In this document: positions 53,501 through 61,629 of the stretch, in pieces
Layout of the letters: the number at the start of each line of letters is the position of its first letter
Numbering within the stretch: the first letter of the stretch is position 1
Source: a virus
Taxonomy: Duplodnaviria; Caudoviricetes
IMG/VR virus record: IMGVR_UViG_3300020576_005084
Location: 1,184-65,183 of that record
DNA length: 64,000 bases
Strand: one strand, 5' to 3'
Made by a program: the position numbers and the translations under genes
The notes under the pieces: generated by a model
Seen by the model: the letters and a program-made list of their open reading frames with translations, nothing else
Databases searched by the model: none
Told to the model about the DNA's origin: nothing

Positions 53501-55462
53501 TGTGGAGGGGAAAGAAGCGCGGCTGGGCGCAGTTTCGGAGTGCAGCTCGAGGGCGAGGCGAGCATCGCTGGTCAGGCCTTCAGCCAGCTGCTGCTTCAGC
53601 ATCTGGTTCAGGTTGCTGCCGTCCGGCAGCTTCACACCTTCGAAGGTGTGGCCGAGCTCGTGCATCGATATCTGCGCAACAGCACGCGTCGGGTTGCTGG
53701 AGATGAAGACGGTGTTCGGCTGGCGCTCGTCAACCACACCGTCGAAGCCCTTTTCTCCGATGTCTTTAACAAAGACGACATCCACACCGTACTTCGCAAA
53801 ATGTTCGCGAGCTGCATTGGCGAATTCCGGCGTGACGGCACCAGCATCCGGTTTTGCCGGATCCGGTTCCCATGCTTCCAGCGGCTCGGCGATGGCATCA
53901 CGGTTGTTGGCGTACAGCTGGTCGACAGCGGCCTGCCGCTTCGACCGCAGGTTGGGCAGATCCTGATCGAGAGACTTCTTGGTCTCGTCGATCATCTGGT
54001 CGAGCGATGCACGAGGGGCGCCAGTCGGCGAAGCGACGGCCGCCTCGGCCGCAGCGGCGATCGCAGTGTCGACATCCGGCGCAGCGAGGACGCTGTCGAC
54101 CGAGACCTTCTGCTGCGGTGTGATGGTGTCGGCCGGGGGAGCCGCGGTCGTTGTATCGATCAGAGGCGTGCCGGTGTTGGGCGGGGGCGGCGCAGCGGCA
54201 TCGGGCGGTGGCGGTGCGGCCGTATCCGGTGCAGCCGTGGGCTCCTTGCCCGGGGCGAAGTCACCCAGACCACCGGACAACTGGTTGTCGCGGTGCTGGA
54301 TGTAGGCATCGACCTTGCTGTTGTCGGCCGGAGCTTCAGCAGCAGGTGTCAGGGCTTCTGTAATCCCTTTTGCGCCGCCACCCATAATGCCGCCGGTAAG
54401 GCCACCAATGATGGCGCTCAGCGCGGCACTCTTGGCGGTCTCGGCAGTGAAAAACGGTTTGTCGGATGCCGCGCTGACAGCAGCGCTGGAAATAAGATCC
54501 TGCGCACCTTCTGTGCCCGCTTCAATTACACCAGACTCCCCGGTCTCGGCCAATATACGCTTCACAACACCACGGACAGCTTCGGCTTTCGCTTCCTTCG
54601 TACCAAGGCCGCCAACCCAACGTGTTGGGTTGATGGTATCGAGCGCGGTGATCGGGATGGCGGCGCCGAAAGCCCATTTCGCGGCCTGTTCTTTCGGAAC
54701 ACCTGCGGCTTTCAACTGGCCGTAGACGTCGCCGTAATTCAAAACATATGAGGGGGCGGCGGCGCCAAAGGCCGCGCCGCCCGGCCCCGCGACGGCTCCA
54801 CCACCGAGAGCACCAACAATGGATGCAGCAGAAGAACCAATCGCGCCACCAACACCTTCACCAACCCACGTCAGTGTTTTTCCAAGATCGAAATTCTTTA
54901 GGCTGGGTTCCTCGGCGCGAAGGGCAAAATCCTTCGGCGACTTGTTCGCAAGCTCGAGCACTTGTTTGGATGCATCGCGCAACATCTCGTCGATGTGTGG
55001 TGCCTTGTCCTGCATCTTCCGCATGGACTCGGTGACCGCACCCATTCCCGTCTCGGAATCGACACGATCGGTGTTGTTTGGTACGAGGAACGAAAACCCC
55101 TCAAGTGTTTCAGCTGTTGCCCGCGGATTGTCGCCCATTAGTTTTGTCACCAAACCACGGGTCAGCGCCCAGTGGTCAGATGGCTTCTCTGGTGCGTCCG
55201 AGGGGGCTTCACCCTTTATACTGTTCAATACGTCGTTATTGGGCAGGCCGCTTTTCACCGGGCCGGTATCACGCATCATGGAGTTGATCAGGCCACCCTT
55301 TAAAGGGTCCGGGGCCTTGGCCAAGAAATCAACAATCTCGCTATCGTCATAACCAGACTTGCGCGCAGCCGCAGTGTCGAACTCCTTCATCGGTGCGAGG
55401 AAGTCGGCAATCTCGCTGTCGGAATAACCAGCCTTGCGTGCGCCTGCTACATCAAACGGCAT
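47564..55462 (-). CDS. Large polyvalent internal virion protein (2632 aa)
   Basis: N-terminal 'MPFDV.GARKAGYSD.EIA.FL'; HELGH motif at aa 601; FSP[KR] linkers starting near aa 949, 1522, 2057 and 2413; HhH-GPD-like and GNAT-like segments. Confidence 0.85.
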   Translation of the reverse strand: MPFDVAGARKAGYSDSEIADFLAPMKEFDTAAARKSGYDDSEIVDFLAKAPDPLKGGLINSMMRDTGPVKSGLPNNDVLNSIKGEAPSDAPEKPSDHWALTRGLVTKLMGDNPRATAETLEGFSFLVPNNTDRVDSETGMGAVTESMRKMQDKAPHIDEMLRDASKQVLELANKSPKDFALRAEEPSLKNFDLGKTLTWVGEGVGGAIGSSAASIVGALGGGAVAGPGGAAFGAAAPSYVLNYGDVYGQLKAAGVPKEQAAKWAFGAAIPITALDTINPTRWVGGLGTKEAKAEAVRGVVKRILAETGESGVIEAGTEGAQDLISSAAVSAASDKPFFTAETAKSAALSAIIGGLTGGIMGGGAKGITEALTPAAEAPADNSKVDAYIQHRDNQLSGGLGDFAPGKEPTAAPDTAAPPPPDAAAPPPPNTGTPLIDTTTAAPPADTITPQQKVSVDSVLAAPDVDTAIAAAAEAAVASPTGAPRASLDQMIDETKKSLDQDLPNLRSKRQAAVDQLYANNRDAIAEPLEAWEPDPAKPDAGAVTPEFANAAREHFAKYGVDVVFVKDIGEKGFDGVVDERQPNTVFISSNPTRAVAQISMHELGHTFEGVKLPDGSNLNQMLKQQLAEGLTSDARLALELHSETAPSRASFPSTPEGQAAHADAVLDHLYNELGKDMIGDAPRFTGFVEKVIGAVEERYGKNVATDVLGKLMTSLRESFNTLQKFFKPARMFETDKWVTNLDQIHDTIAKMHAAKIGETEGLSDKAPTAENVVTEAMVGKEANPTRAGPKPREGYAEAKQQAEVYKRWLGELDTKRRSDAEKSPQVAHLRAEEKAIVAKVRGGEKYLTKAARDRLAKIRAAIEDRVNPKTDNEDMAVVRAKMVEAHARMAKAAEVTKEKTEEPAAKKPASGEPVRIGKPTPREAETGNPTDADRFVANQMAQDTGGKPQFSPKVEEKGPVFFSALERAVDSVKFDKAPPGQWLATIKNMPGIKAEEIKTTGIDKWLGAQTRPVTKAEVLEQLEVGSVKIEEVMKGGVIGPAEEAEYDELRAQYRAQMEDMPQAAYDRMVELERIANSDNPTKFAEYSLPGGKDYHELLLTLPAIPRDTTGWTAKEAEGDPASGPIWEVRDANKRWILGVPRESARTAQDAIARAAKNSPIGSAAGNFKGKHWAESNVLAHIRFDTRTGPNGEKILHIAEIQSDWHQIGRKNGYGDASKVPALVEASKKATDEMYALREKKFAEATGGKYTSKREIYDDASPEAMEALSRVNAIDSDPEMLAAIKKHNDAVEALRKARSAVPDAPFKTTWHELAFKRALRYAVENGYDRVTWDTGDTNADRYDLSQKVEYIDWYKTATGKYHLDVYDHDGDVIYGKTIPAEEIPDVVGKDIADGIVQSKKSEGRVDGDGLKVGGSGMRGFYDKILPAFVDKYVKKWAAKVEDGVVPTAGTTLRDAAAQPEDVAQYHDMSDETWNNTSQAERRVLTQEYINDPENKAKNTGNTPVHSLDITPQMRAEVMRGQPKFSPKIKISKPGKDVADKNVHGFAPSLRVRVLNPPKFALNNKGEPQTLLTQTTTNGNAGKQLENLDDVLSKFKNPTKSPEAWSEMMAYALGGSDVPIPPYAFIRDLNSAEATNKVSALSAGQIEDATHGFEQAAKFRAAYESGQLTPVTTGKLFLWSFLSRGVSPYVQESLFIDAFDGAAPWIQRAADGNFTKDDMPEYEAWARSVAPKGSGQPGAGATHNLNAFGNNFLVNMALKDETGKTRMQHLHEMFSDPNMTGQQIRREFMKFGEGVGIDNKVVSFTLLVAGHSDVMVIDRVQTRQLWDDGRFKDTNIYDGQKDAEGKVITGTPLANLTYGVRGLLAYEAIERGLQAKIGSIYAAAGRPQDASVGRYHWESWVAYSQQEASHGTLGAILDDALISKSNRSAIADVTAKQGEYGAYEYGARYGRDDDNRPFFRYDTPSGGRYEFSVPAFRAFLEEIKKPANGVVPSKFKVTASGNEAWYERPEVNRARLDDVARRFADRNREGALPGPVPGEDFAGGPLGAGADAQPYAAAQFSPRLDTTRQLRSDRAGDAGSSRSYTRGGGRDGGRGRLLKSLGVTYAAEWNAGKDLRESYTAAGVNIPARVLELEQTDSNARRFADLITAAKSANRFGAAVAVYPVEDYKNFRLMLADNGKSGVAVKPDGDIVSVFSTDKSGSAMMEVAVAAGGVKLDAFDTILPKFYHRFGFVEAARTSWNDEYAPEGWDKDLYKKFNGGKPDVVLMVLDPKEMSAELQRAPVYPSWDEAAEAQERLLDYLHPAAPEGATINLRLDRLDGGQSFTVDEARAVVEDTGARVIAERARRIYGKSGAPAVAMQLDRPLTAEEANAVSERLKQDAISQFADGQGEVLGPNAAKWGPFDPSKFQTVESASFSPRVPSSLREKMIRQDPTYAAMFGNNAGPSSTTVVDLPPIPDRAPRRRAQQPIDGTGETRFRAINGEAYDVGEEKPQLDRAARLVAEDPERALAIAMLEAKSLTGVHPQFVFIELEKAAIANNDYALQERLSRSPISELATTQGQQTAAWRNRLKDTPAEAMRQIRLAREARGKARGIDPEAKINETVERGLRVSRATAKSTKKANWNDFIASLICKV

Positions 55463-56130
55463 CAGCCGCCCCCGCTAAGGAAGCTCTTGAGGGGCGGTTT
55501 TGGCTTGCCATCGACAGCGGCCTTCTTGGGCGGCTTGAAAATGGCCGCCATATCCTCGAGGCCGGGCTTGCCCTTTAGAGAGTTGTACACAACGCTGCCA
55601 TCAGTAACATTTCTGATGATGGGGGCGCCACTTGCAGTCTGCGCAGGCTTCCCATCCTTATCCATCACAGGAACCGCGCGGGTGGCGTTCTTGATCGCGG
55701 CGTCCAGCATGGTTTTTTGATGATCGGTTGCCGCCAACTTCGCAGCAGCGTCAACTTGCGCGGCGATCTGCTTGTCGAGGCGGGCGTTAGCGGCGTCATC
55801 GGACATGCTGGCGGCCTTGAGCGTTGTGTTGGCCGACAGTAGCGCGCGGCGATCGTCGCCCGCCTCGCGTGTGGAGAGATTCTGATCCTCATGTTCGCGG
55901 GTAAGCACCGCCTCGCCGGAACGCCAAGTCTGCTCCTTGGTTGACGCCTTGTCCGCAATGTCGGCAGCCTGCACGCGGCCGCGGGTCTCACGGCCTTCGG
56001 CCAGAGATTCAGCCAGCTCGGTGCGCTGGCGCTCGAGGTCGGCGCGCTGGGCGGTCAGCAACATGTCACCGGCCGTGGTGGCGATGGTCTTGCCCATCTC
56101 GGACAGGCCGCCGTTGATATTAAACCCCAT
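55462..56130 (-). CDS. Internal virion protein
   Basis: 222 aa; 'MGF...GGLS..G' start; coiled region. Confidence 0.65.
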   Translation of the reverse strand: MGFNINGGLSEMGKTIATTAGDMLLTAQRADLERQRTELAESLAEGRETRGRVQAADIADKASTKEQTWRSGEAVLTREHEDQNLSTREAGDDRRALLSANTTLKAASMSDDAANARLDKQIAAQVDAAAKLAATDHQKTMLDAAIKNATRAVPVMDKDGKPAQTASGAPIIRNVTDGSVVYNSLKGKPGLEDMAAIFKPPKKAAVDGKPKPPLKSFLSGGG

Positions 56131-56701
56131 CGGTCGGTACCTCTTCAGTGGGCTCTTCGTCCGGCACTTCGGTCGGCGAGCTGGTGCCCGGCGCCTTGAC
56201 CAGACCGGCCTTGCGCTTCATCTGCTCCATCAGGGCAGGATCCTTGGTCGTATTCTCGACGGCTTCGTTGCCCTTGATCAGCATCTGGGGTGTGATGCCC
56301 AGAAGCTTGAAGATGGTGTTGGCGTAGGCCTTGCTGGCGATCGCCAGCTCCTCGGTGCCGACCTTGGCAATGCCTGCCTTGTCGCAGAAGTCCAGCGCGT
56401 GCATCATGAGCGTGGCGCCCGCAGGCACCATGGCGTTCACCGGCATGGTGTCGCGCGACTGCTTCTTGAGAATTCCCACGAGGGCAGCGGCGCCCTTCCC
56501 GCAGTCGGTGATCGGATCCTTGCTGTCCTTCAGCTTCGCCAGAATGCTGTCGGGGCCGCCTTCCAGACCCGCCTTGGATCCGGCGACGACGATCTTGGCA
56601 TAGACCGGCTTGATGCTGTCGGTGAGATTGCTTTCGATTTTCTCTTCGGCAGCCTTGAGAACGGAGTTGTCAGACAACACCGGCTTTTTTGCGGGAGCCA
56701 T
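56120..56701 (-). CDS. Internal virion-region protein
   Basis: 193 aa, helical. Confidence 0.65.
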   Translation of the reverse strand: MAPAKKPVLSDNSVLKAAEEKIESNLTDSIKPVYAKIVVAGSKAGLEGGPDSILAKLKDSKDPITDCGKGAAALVGILKKQSRDTMPVNAMVPAGATLMMHALDFCDKAGIAKVGTEELAIASKAYANTIFKLLGITPQMLIKGNEAVENTTKDPALMEQMKRKAGLVKAPGTSSPTEVPDEEPTEEVPTDGV

Positions 56702-56708
56702 GGTTCAC

Positions 56709-57749
56709 CTAGCGGTTGATCAGGCCGACGCCGCCGGTCACGTTTATGCGACGGGCTGTCGGGATGTTGGAATTCATGTTGCCGAGTTCTTTCTGGGCCA
56801 ACGCAGCTTGAGCGTTGTTGGCCGCGGCCTGTGCTTCGTAGGCCTTGATCCGCGCAGGCTTCAGTTCGTCGGTGGCGCCAGACAGGAAGGATCCTGCAGC
56901 TTGCACCACACCCACGCCCAACATGGCGCTGGCGTTGCTGCCCCAGAAGCTGGGCGTCTTGGTCCACTGCTTGCCGTCGTAAGACCAGCTGCCACCGTTC
57001 TCGTCTTCGTACTTCTCGCCCAGCTTCCATGACGACGCATCGCCCGGGGGACCGTTGACCTTGCCGGTAGCAGCCGCCGCGTTGTTTTTGGTTGCGGCGG
57101 TATTGGTGCTGGTGCCCGAAGACGGCGCGTTGTCGGCGTTCGTGGGCCCTTCGGTGGTGTTGTCGGGAGACGTCGCCTTCTTGGCCAGCACCTTGGTGTT
57201 GTCGACTACCTTCTGTGCCCCGCTCGGGGAGCCGCCACCACCAAAAGCACCAGCTCCCAGAATGTCGTCTGCGGAATCTGAGGTCTGGTTAAAGCCGCCG
57301 ATGTGGTTGATCGCATCGAACACATCCTCGGAGGTGCCGCCCGCATTCGCACCGCTGAAAGCGCCCACGCCCAGAATGTCGTCGGCCGAATCCGAAACTT
57401 GGTTGAAGCCGCCGTTGATCGGGCCGGTAGCGCCCGAGGTGGCCGCACCTGCTTCGCTGGTGGCTGCGCCTGCGCTGCCGAACACGGAGTTGATGGTAGC
57501 GCCTTCGCCGAACGCACCGACGGCGCTGGCCAAAGATCCGACGCCACCGATGCCGCCGAGAACTAGGCCAGCGGTCTTGAGCTCCTTGACGCCAGCGATC
57601 TCACCGATTGCGCCCAGCGTGGCGCCGACCGCGCCGATCGCGGCGAAGGTGGTGCCCAAGGTGGCGGTGCCAGCGAGGACGGCGCCAAAGCCCGCCATGC
57701 CGACTGACGACACGGCAGCAATCGCCGGAATGATTGCAACAACAGGCAT
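56709..57749 (-). CDS. Gly/Ala-rich ejected (pilot-like) protein
   Basis: 346 aa; hydrophobic Gly/Ala N-terminus; internal duplication GGFNQ.SDSADDILG.GAF. Confidence 0.65.
   Translation of the reverse strand: MPVVAIIPAIAAVSSVGMAGFGAVLAGTATLGTTFAAIGAVGATLGAIGEIAGVKELKTAGLVLGGIGGVGSLASAVGAFGEGATINSVFGSAGAATSEAGAATSGATGPINGGFNQVSDSADDILGVGAFSGANAGGTSEDVFDAINHIGGFNQTSDSADDILGAGAFGGGGSPSGAQKVVDNTKVLAKKATSPDNTTEGPTNADNAPSSGTSTNTAATKNNAAAATGKVNGPPGDASSWKLGEKYEDENGGSWSYDGKQWTKTPSFWGSNASAMLGVGVVQAAGSFLSGATDELKPARIKAYEAQAAANNAQAALAQKELGNMNSNIPTARRINVTGGVGLINR
57244..57413 (-). repeat. Internal duplication of about 19 codons (GGFNQ[VT]SDSADDILG[VA]GAF[SG]G)
   Basis: Copies at about 57358-57413 and 57244-57299. 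Confidence 0.85.
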
Positions 57750-57752
57750 TGT

Positions 57753-58139
57753 CTATCCCCTAGATCCTGAGCCCCGGATCTGTGTGATCCGGTAATGAAC
57801 ATCATATTCGTCGCGGCCTGTCACCTCGAAACCAAGGGCTTCGTTGAAACGCTGCTGCCGCTGCATTTGATGCGGAGTTTTCGTAACAGCAAAACCGAAA
57901 CGGCTGATCTTCTCTTGCAGAAAGTCATTAATGATTCGGCGCGAGAGCCTGCCGTCGCCGGTCGGTTGGAAGTGAAACTCAGGCCCCTTCTCGCACAGAA
58001 TGGCGATCGGCTTTTCTGGATCCGGCGCCCCGCGCACTTCGTATTCGGCGAGCCCAGCGACGAACTGATCCTTGGTGATGTAGACGTGCGGCTCTACACC
58101 TTCCCACAGCTTGTCGAGGAGCGCGCCACGAGACATCAC
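57753..58139 (-). CDS. GNAT-like protein in the virion module
   Basis: 128 aa; 'T.TP......RFNEALGF..TG.D' resembles the C-terminal GNAT motif; its position between tail and ejection genes is common in podoviruses. Confidence 0.6.
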   Translation of the reverse strand: MMSRGALLDKLWEGVEPHVYITKDQFVAGLAEYEVRGAPDPEKPIAILCEKGPEFHFQPTGDGRLSRRIINDFLQEKISRFGFAVTKTPHQMQRQQRFNEALGFEVTGRDEYDVHYRITQIRGSGSRG

Positions 58140-59416
58140 GACAGGTTCACCGTGTCCACATAGTTGCCGTTGGCGTCGTAGCGATTGCCGCTCGGATCGG
58201 TGTACGCGATCGCGGGCGTGCCGCCATAGCCGCTGTTAGCGCCATAGCCGTAGCCGTTGTTGTCGAGGCCGCCATTGGCCACACCGTTCGCGAAGCTGTT
58301 CACGACCGAGCTGCCACCACCACCCGGGGCGGGAGTGCCACCGCCGAAGTCCAGAAGGCTTTGCAGGCCCGGCACGCCGGAGATCTGCGACAGCGTTGCG
58401 AGGAAGTCGTTGAGCTGGGTGACCTGATTGTTGAGGGCCGTCTGCTTCTGGCTCTCGGACAGATCCTTGTTGGTCTGGATGTTCGACATCGTCGTCAGCA
58501 TCTGGGTGTAGACCTGAGCCGCGCTGGACGATGTCTGCAGCAGGTTCTTGTTCTTCTCTGTCAGCTGCTGGACGGCCATGTTGACTTCACCGTTGGCCTT
58601 GATGTTGTCCAGAGCGGCGGCGTTGACCATGCCCTGCACGACGCGTGCGTTCTCGTTGTTCATCGACGCGATGATCTGGGCAGACTGGTTGTTCTTCTCT
58701 GCGATCGACAGGCTGTTGTCGGCCTGAATGCGCGCGATCAGCTGCTGCGAGACGTTGTTGGCCGACGAGATGGCCTTCTGGGCTTCCGACGCCATCTGCT
58801 GGGCCGTCAGTGTCGTGTTGGACGACAGTTGTCCGAGGTAGGTCTGGAGCTTGGCCTGTGTGTCGGCCACCAGCACGGACGTCTTGTCCTGCATGTCCTG
58901 CGCACTGAGCGTGGTGTCGGCCTGCAGCTTGGCGATCTGCGAGGCGTTTTCGGCGCCCGCGTTGAATTCCAGAGCCTTATTACCGGCCGCTGTGTTCTCG
59001 CTGGCCGCCTTGGCATACGTCGCCGCGTCCGCAGCCGCGATCGGCAGGGCCGCCTTGTAGACGGAATCCTGCCCAGCGCTGATGGCCTGAGACGAGTTGA
59101 TCAGGCCGCGCTGGTTCATCGTCTGCTTGGCAGCAGTCTGGGCCTGCTGCATCAGCGGCGAGTCCGAGGCGATGATGTCCTTGATCTGGCCAGCCACGGT
59201 CATCTTCGGCGTGACGTCATACGTCTTCGCTTCATATGGCGTGGTGGCAGGAGCCTGAGCAGGTGCAGGAGCAGGCGGCGCCGCCGTGGGAGGAGGCGGC
59301 GTTGTGGTTTGCTGTAGGTTCTGCGGCGTCCCCTCGGGTGCAGGAGTGATCGGAGGCGGCGCCCCGTTGACGAGGCCGACCGGGCTGGAATCACCGGGGT
59401 TCAGAAGACTGGGCAT
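58136..59416 (-). CDS. Virion/ejection protein (Gln/Ala/Asn-rich)
   Basis: 426 aa; Pro-rich N-terminus and helical repeats. Confidence 0.65.
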   Translation of the reverse strand: MPSLLNPGDSSPVGLVNGAPPPITPAPEGTPQNLQQTTTPPPPTAAPPAPAPAQAPATTPYEAKTYDVTPKMTVAGQIKDIIASDSPLMQQAQTAAKQTMNQRGLINSSQAISAGQDSVYKAALPIAAADAATYAKAASENTAAGNKALEFNAGAENASQIAKLQADTTLSAQDMQDKTSVLVADTQAKLQTYLGQLSSNTTLTAQQMASEAQKAISSANNVSQQLIARIQADNSLSIAEKNNQSAQIIASMNNENARVVQGMVNAAALDNIKANGEVNMAVQQLTEKNKNLLQTSSSAAQVYTQMLTTMSNIQTNKDLSESQKQTALNNQVTQLNDFLATLSQISGVPGLQSLLDFGGGTPAPGGGGSSVVNSFANGVANGGLDNNGYGYGANSGYGGTPAIAYTDPSGNRYDANGNYVDTVNLS

Positions 59417-59417
59417 G

Positions 59418-59741
59418 TTAGCTTTTGTCCTTCCCGGATTCGATATTGTCCTGCGAGACGTGTTTTTTGTTCGCTGTCAAGTAGGCAACTATTTTATCCG
59501 GGGTCCATTCACGTGCTGCGTCTGCGCAAATCGTGTTTCGATCTTCGTTTGATATTGTCGCGAACTCGCTTTCCGCCAGCTGCGCGTCGATCTGGTCCAG
59601 TTGCTTCGAAACCGGGATGCCGGAAGGAACCAACGTCGTGCGGTGGGGCTCGGACAAAGAACCGATGCGCTTGTCGAGACGGATGCCGATGCTTCCGTCC
59701 TCGTTGAGAATGCGCTGCGTCAAAACAGTTTCGATTTTCAT
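59418..59741 (-). CDS. Hypothetical protein (tail-fibre associated)
   Basis: 107 aa immediately after the fibre gene. Confidence 0.6.
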   Translation of the reverse strand: MKIETVLTQRILNEDGSIGIRLDKRIGSLSEPHRTTLVPSGIPVSKQLDQIDAQLAESEFATISNEDRNTICADAAREWTPDKIVAYLTANKKHVSQDNIESGKDKS

Positions 59742-59750
59742 TGGTGCCTC

Positions 59751-61124
59751 TTACACGAAATAGGTGATTGTGAACTGGAAGGTGCCATTGGAATAGCCAG
59801 CGTTGGAGTGGCTGCCGCCGGTCGCCATTTCAAAGATCTGGACAGTTGTGGTGCCGGTGATGGCCTTGGCCTGCAGCGTGAACGACTTGTCGTTGATGCA
59901 CGCACCGATAAAGCTGTTGGTCGAATTGACCGTGAACGGGAGGCCGCCGATAATCGCCGTGGCACCATCTGCAGTGGCGGGGTACTGCAAACGGGCGGTA
60001 ACAGTAACTTGGCGACCGATCTTGGTGTAGGTGGCCACCACGCCAGAGAAAGAAAGGCCTGTGCCGCTGGCGTCAGTCGGGGTCCACGTTCCTTCCTCGT
60101 AGTCGTCGAGCGTGTTGGCATCCGCCGACGGGTTCTGCGTGGCGGGAAACTTGATCTGGCCAGCACCAGCAGCGGAAATGTCCAGCAAGTTTGCCGGTGA
60201 CCAAGCCGTCGCGTTGATGGTGCCGTAAGTTGCGCCGCCGTTAATACTGCGGAAATGGTGCGTGGTGTTTTGATAGTAATTCGAGGGATCGCCAGCGTTA
60301 CCAGAAAGAACAAATTGATTGCTGCTAGAGCCTAGCAGGATCGTATAATTGCCAGACTGGTACATGGCCGCGTTTGCGCCGAGGTAGAAGCCAGATGCCG
60401 CCGCTGCGGAAACAGTGCTTGCGAACGTTGCCGCACCAGTAGTCGAAAGCCCAAGCGCCACAAGGCCGCTGTTATTGACGTAGATATTCAGCCCGGAAGT
60501 GGCACCGATCGCCATGTCAGTGACGTTCGTGCCGGAACCAAGCCAGCCTTTCACTGTAGAAAGAACAACAGCACTCGTTGTGGCGGTGTTTTGAACACGA
60601 AGCTGAGTTATGTCGCCGTTTTGGCTGACGTTGCCGGTGAAGGTTATCGTACCAGAATAAGAGTGCGCACCTGCGACCGTGCCCGAGAGGGTGGGCGACG
60701 AGAAGGTGCCGCCGGTCACCGTCTTGCCAGTGAAAGTCAGGGATGTCGGCAGAGAAACTGTAGCGGTGCCGGAAACCGTCGACACGCTGATCTCGTTAGC
60801 AGTGCCGGATACACCGAACACCACGGTACCACCCGCACCGAAGTTGACGCTCGAGCCGTCGGTGCCGGTGAAGGTCAGCGTGTTGGACAACGTGACCGTC
60901 TTTCCGGTGGCGACGGACAGGTTGCCGTTAAGCGTCAGTGTGCCAGTCGAGATCGTAAGCCCGGTGGCACCCGCATTCACCACGACAGCCTTATTGGCCG
61001 TCAGCGAAGAGGGCAGCTTATCGAAGCCCGCCGCGATCGCAGAGAATTCAGCACGAATAGACGCCGACGCACCAAATGATGATGTGACGGGCGCTCCCGA
61101 AGGATTATAGAAAGCGTTTGCCAT
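59751..61124 (-). CDS. Tail fibre/spike protein
   Basis: N-terminal anchor 'SA.IRAEF.AI.AGFDKLP'; C-terminal 'ANTLDDYEEGTWTP...Y TKIGRQV...GLPF', a common fibre-tip module. Confidence 0.8.
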   Translation of the reverse strand: MANAFYNPSGAPVTSSFGASASIRAEFSAIAAGFDKLPSSLTANKAVVVNAGATGLTISTGTLTLNGNLSVATGKTVTLSNTLTFTGTDGSSVNFGAGGTVVFGVSGTANEISVSTVSGTATVSLPTSLTFTGKTVTGGTFSSPTLSGTVAGAHSYSGTITFTGNVSQNGDITQLRVQNTATTSAVVLSTVKGWLGSGTNVTDMAIGATSGLNIYVNNSGLVALGLSTTGAATFASTVSAAAASGFYLGANAAMYQSGNYTILLGSSSNQFVLSGNAGDPSNYYQNTTHHFRSINGGATYGTINATAWSPANLLDISAAGAGQIKFPATQNPSADANTLDDYEEGTWTPTDASGTGLSFSGVVATYTKIGRQVTVTARLQYPATADGATAIIGGLPFTVNSTNSFIGACINDKSFTLQAKAITGTTTVQIFEMATGGSHSNAGYSNGTFQFTITYFV

Positions 61125-61125
61125 T

Positions 61126-61629
61126 TTAGACCCCGACCTCGAAAAAGTTTCCTTTGCTCAGGTTCGCGGTCGCTCTGAGGATCTGCAGATTTTCTTCAAC
61201 ATGAAGGCCACAAACCGTTTTGCCTTTCAACGGAATTTTATGGTCGACATGGTGCGGCACCCCCGTTTCTTTCGTCAGGCGCCGGGCTTCTGCGTAAACA
61301 GCACGAATAGCGGGCCTGTTGGCAAAAGGTGGAATTTTTGTTCCGCGTTGTGTGACGCGTCGTTCGTTGGCGACAGGGGTGTTAGCTTCTAGGTTTTTAT
61401 CACGCCAAATTTTTGCTTTGGCGTTCAGTTTTTTACGGTTTTTCTTTCCCCACACCGAGCGCATCGCGCTGTGTTTCTCTGGGTTGCATTTCTGCCATTC
61501 TTTCAGGCGCACTAGGCAGTGTTCTTTGCACAGCGTGCTTTTAGTCTTCTCACGGATATGACTCGCATGAAAAAACTTCAACGGCAAAAGTTTGTTGCAC
61601 TTTTTACAAAGAACGAGCCGGGGGATCAT
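61126..61629 (-). mobile_element. Free-standing HNH homing endonuclease
   Basis: Start [11 protein letters not shown] at 61629 (ATGA overlap); '[24 protein letters not shown]...NLSKGN'; AT-rich. Confidence 0.88.

Noticed and set aside
50516-54751. Very long opposite-strand ORFs (1411 aa here; also 892-2616, 3935-5803, 12113-13903, 37212-39035, 45294-47093 and others)
   Set aside because: These are antisense shadows of real high-GC genes, caused by codon bias removing stops in the mirrored frame; they have no RBS or recognisable motifs.
56709-57749. DDILG in the duplicated segment counted as part of the DxxDL[LVI]G tag
   Set aside because: Ile replaces the conserved Leu, and it is internal to a duplicated block of an ejected protein; left out of the tag list.
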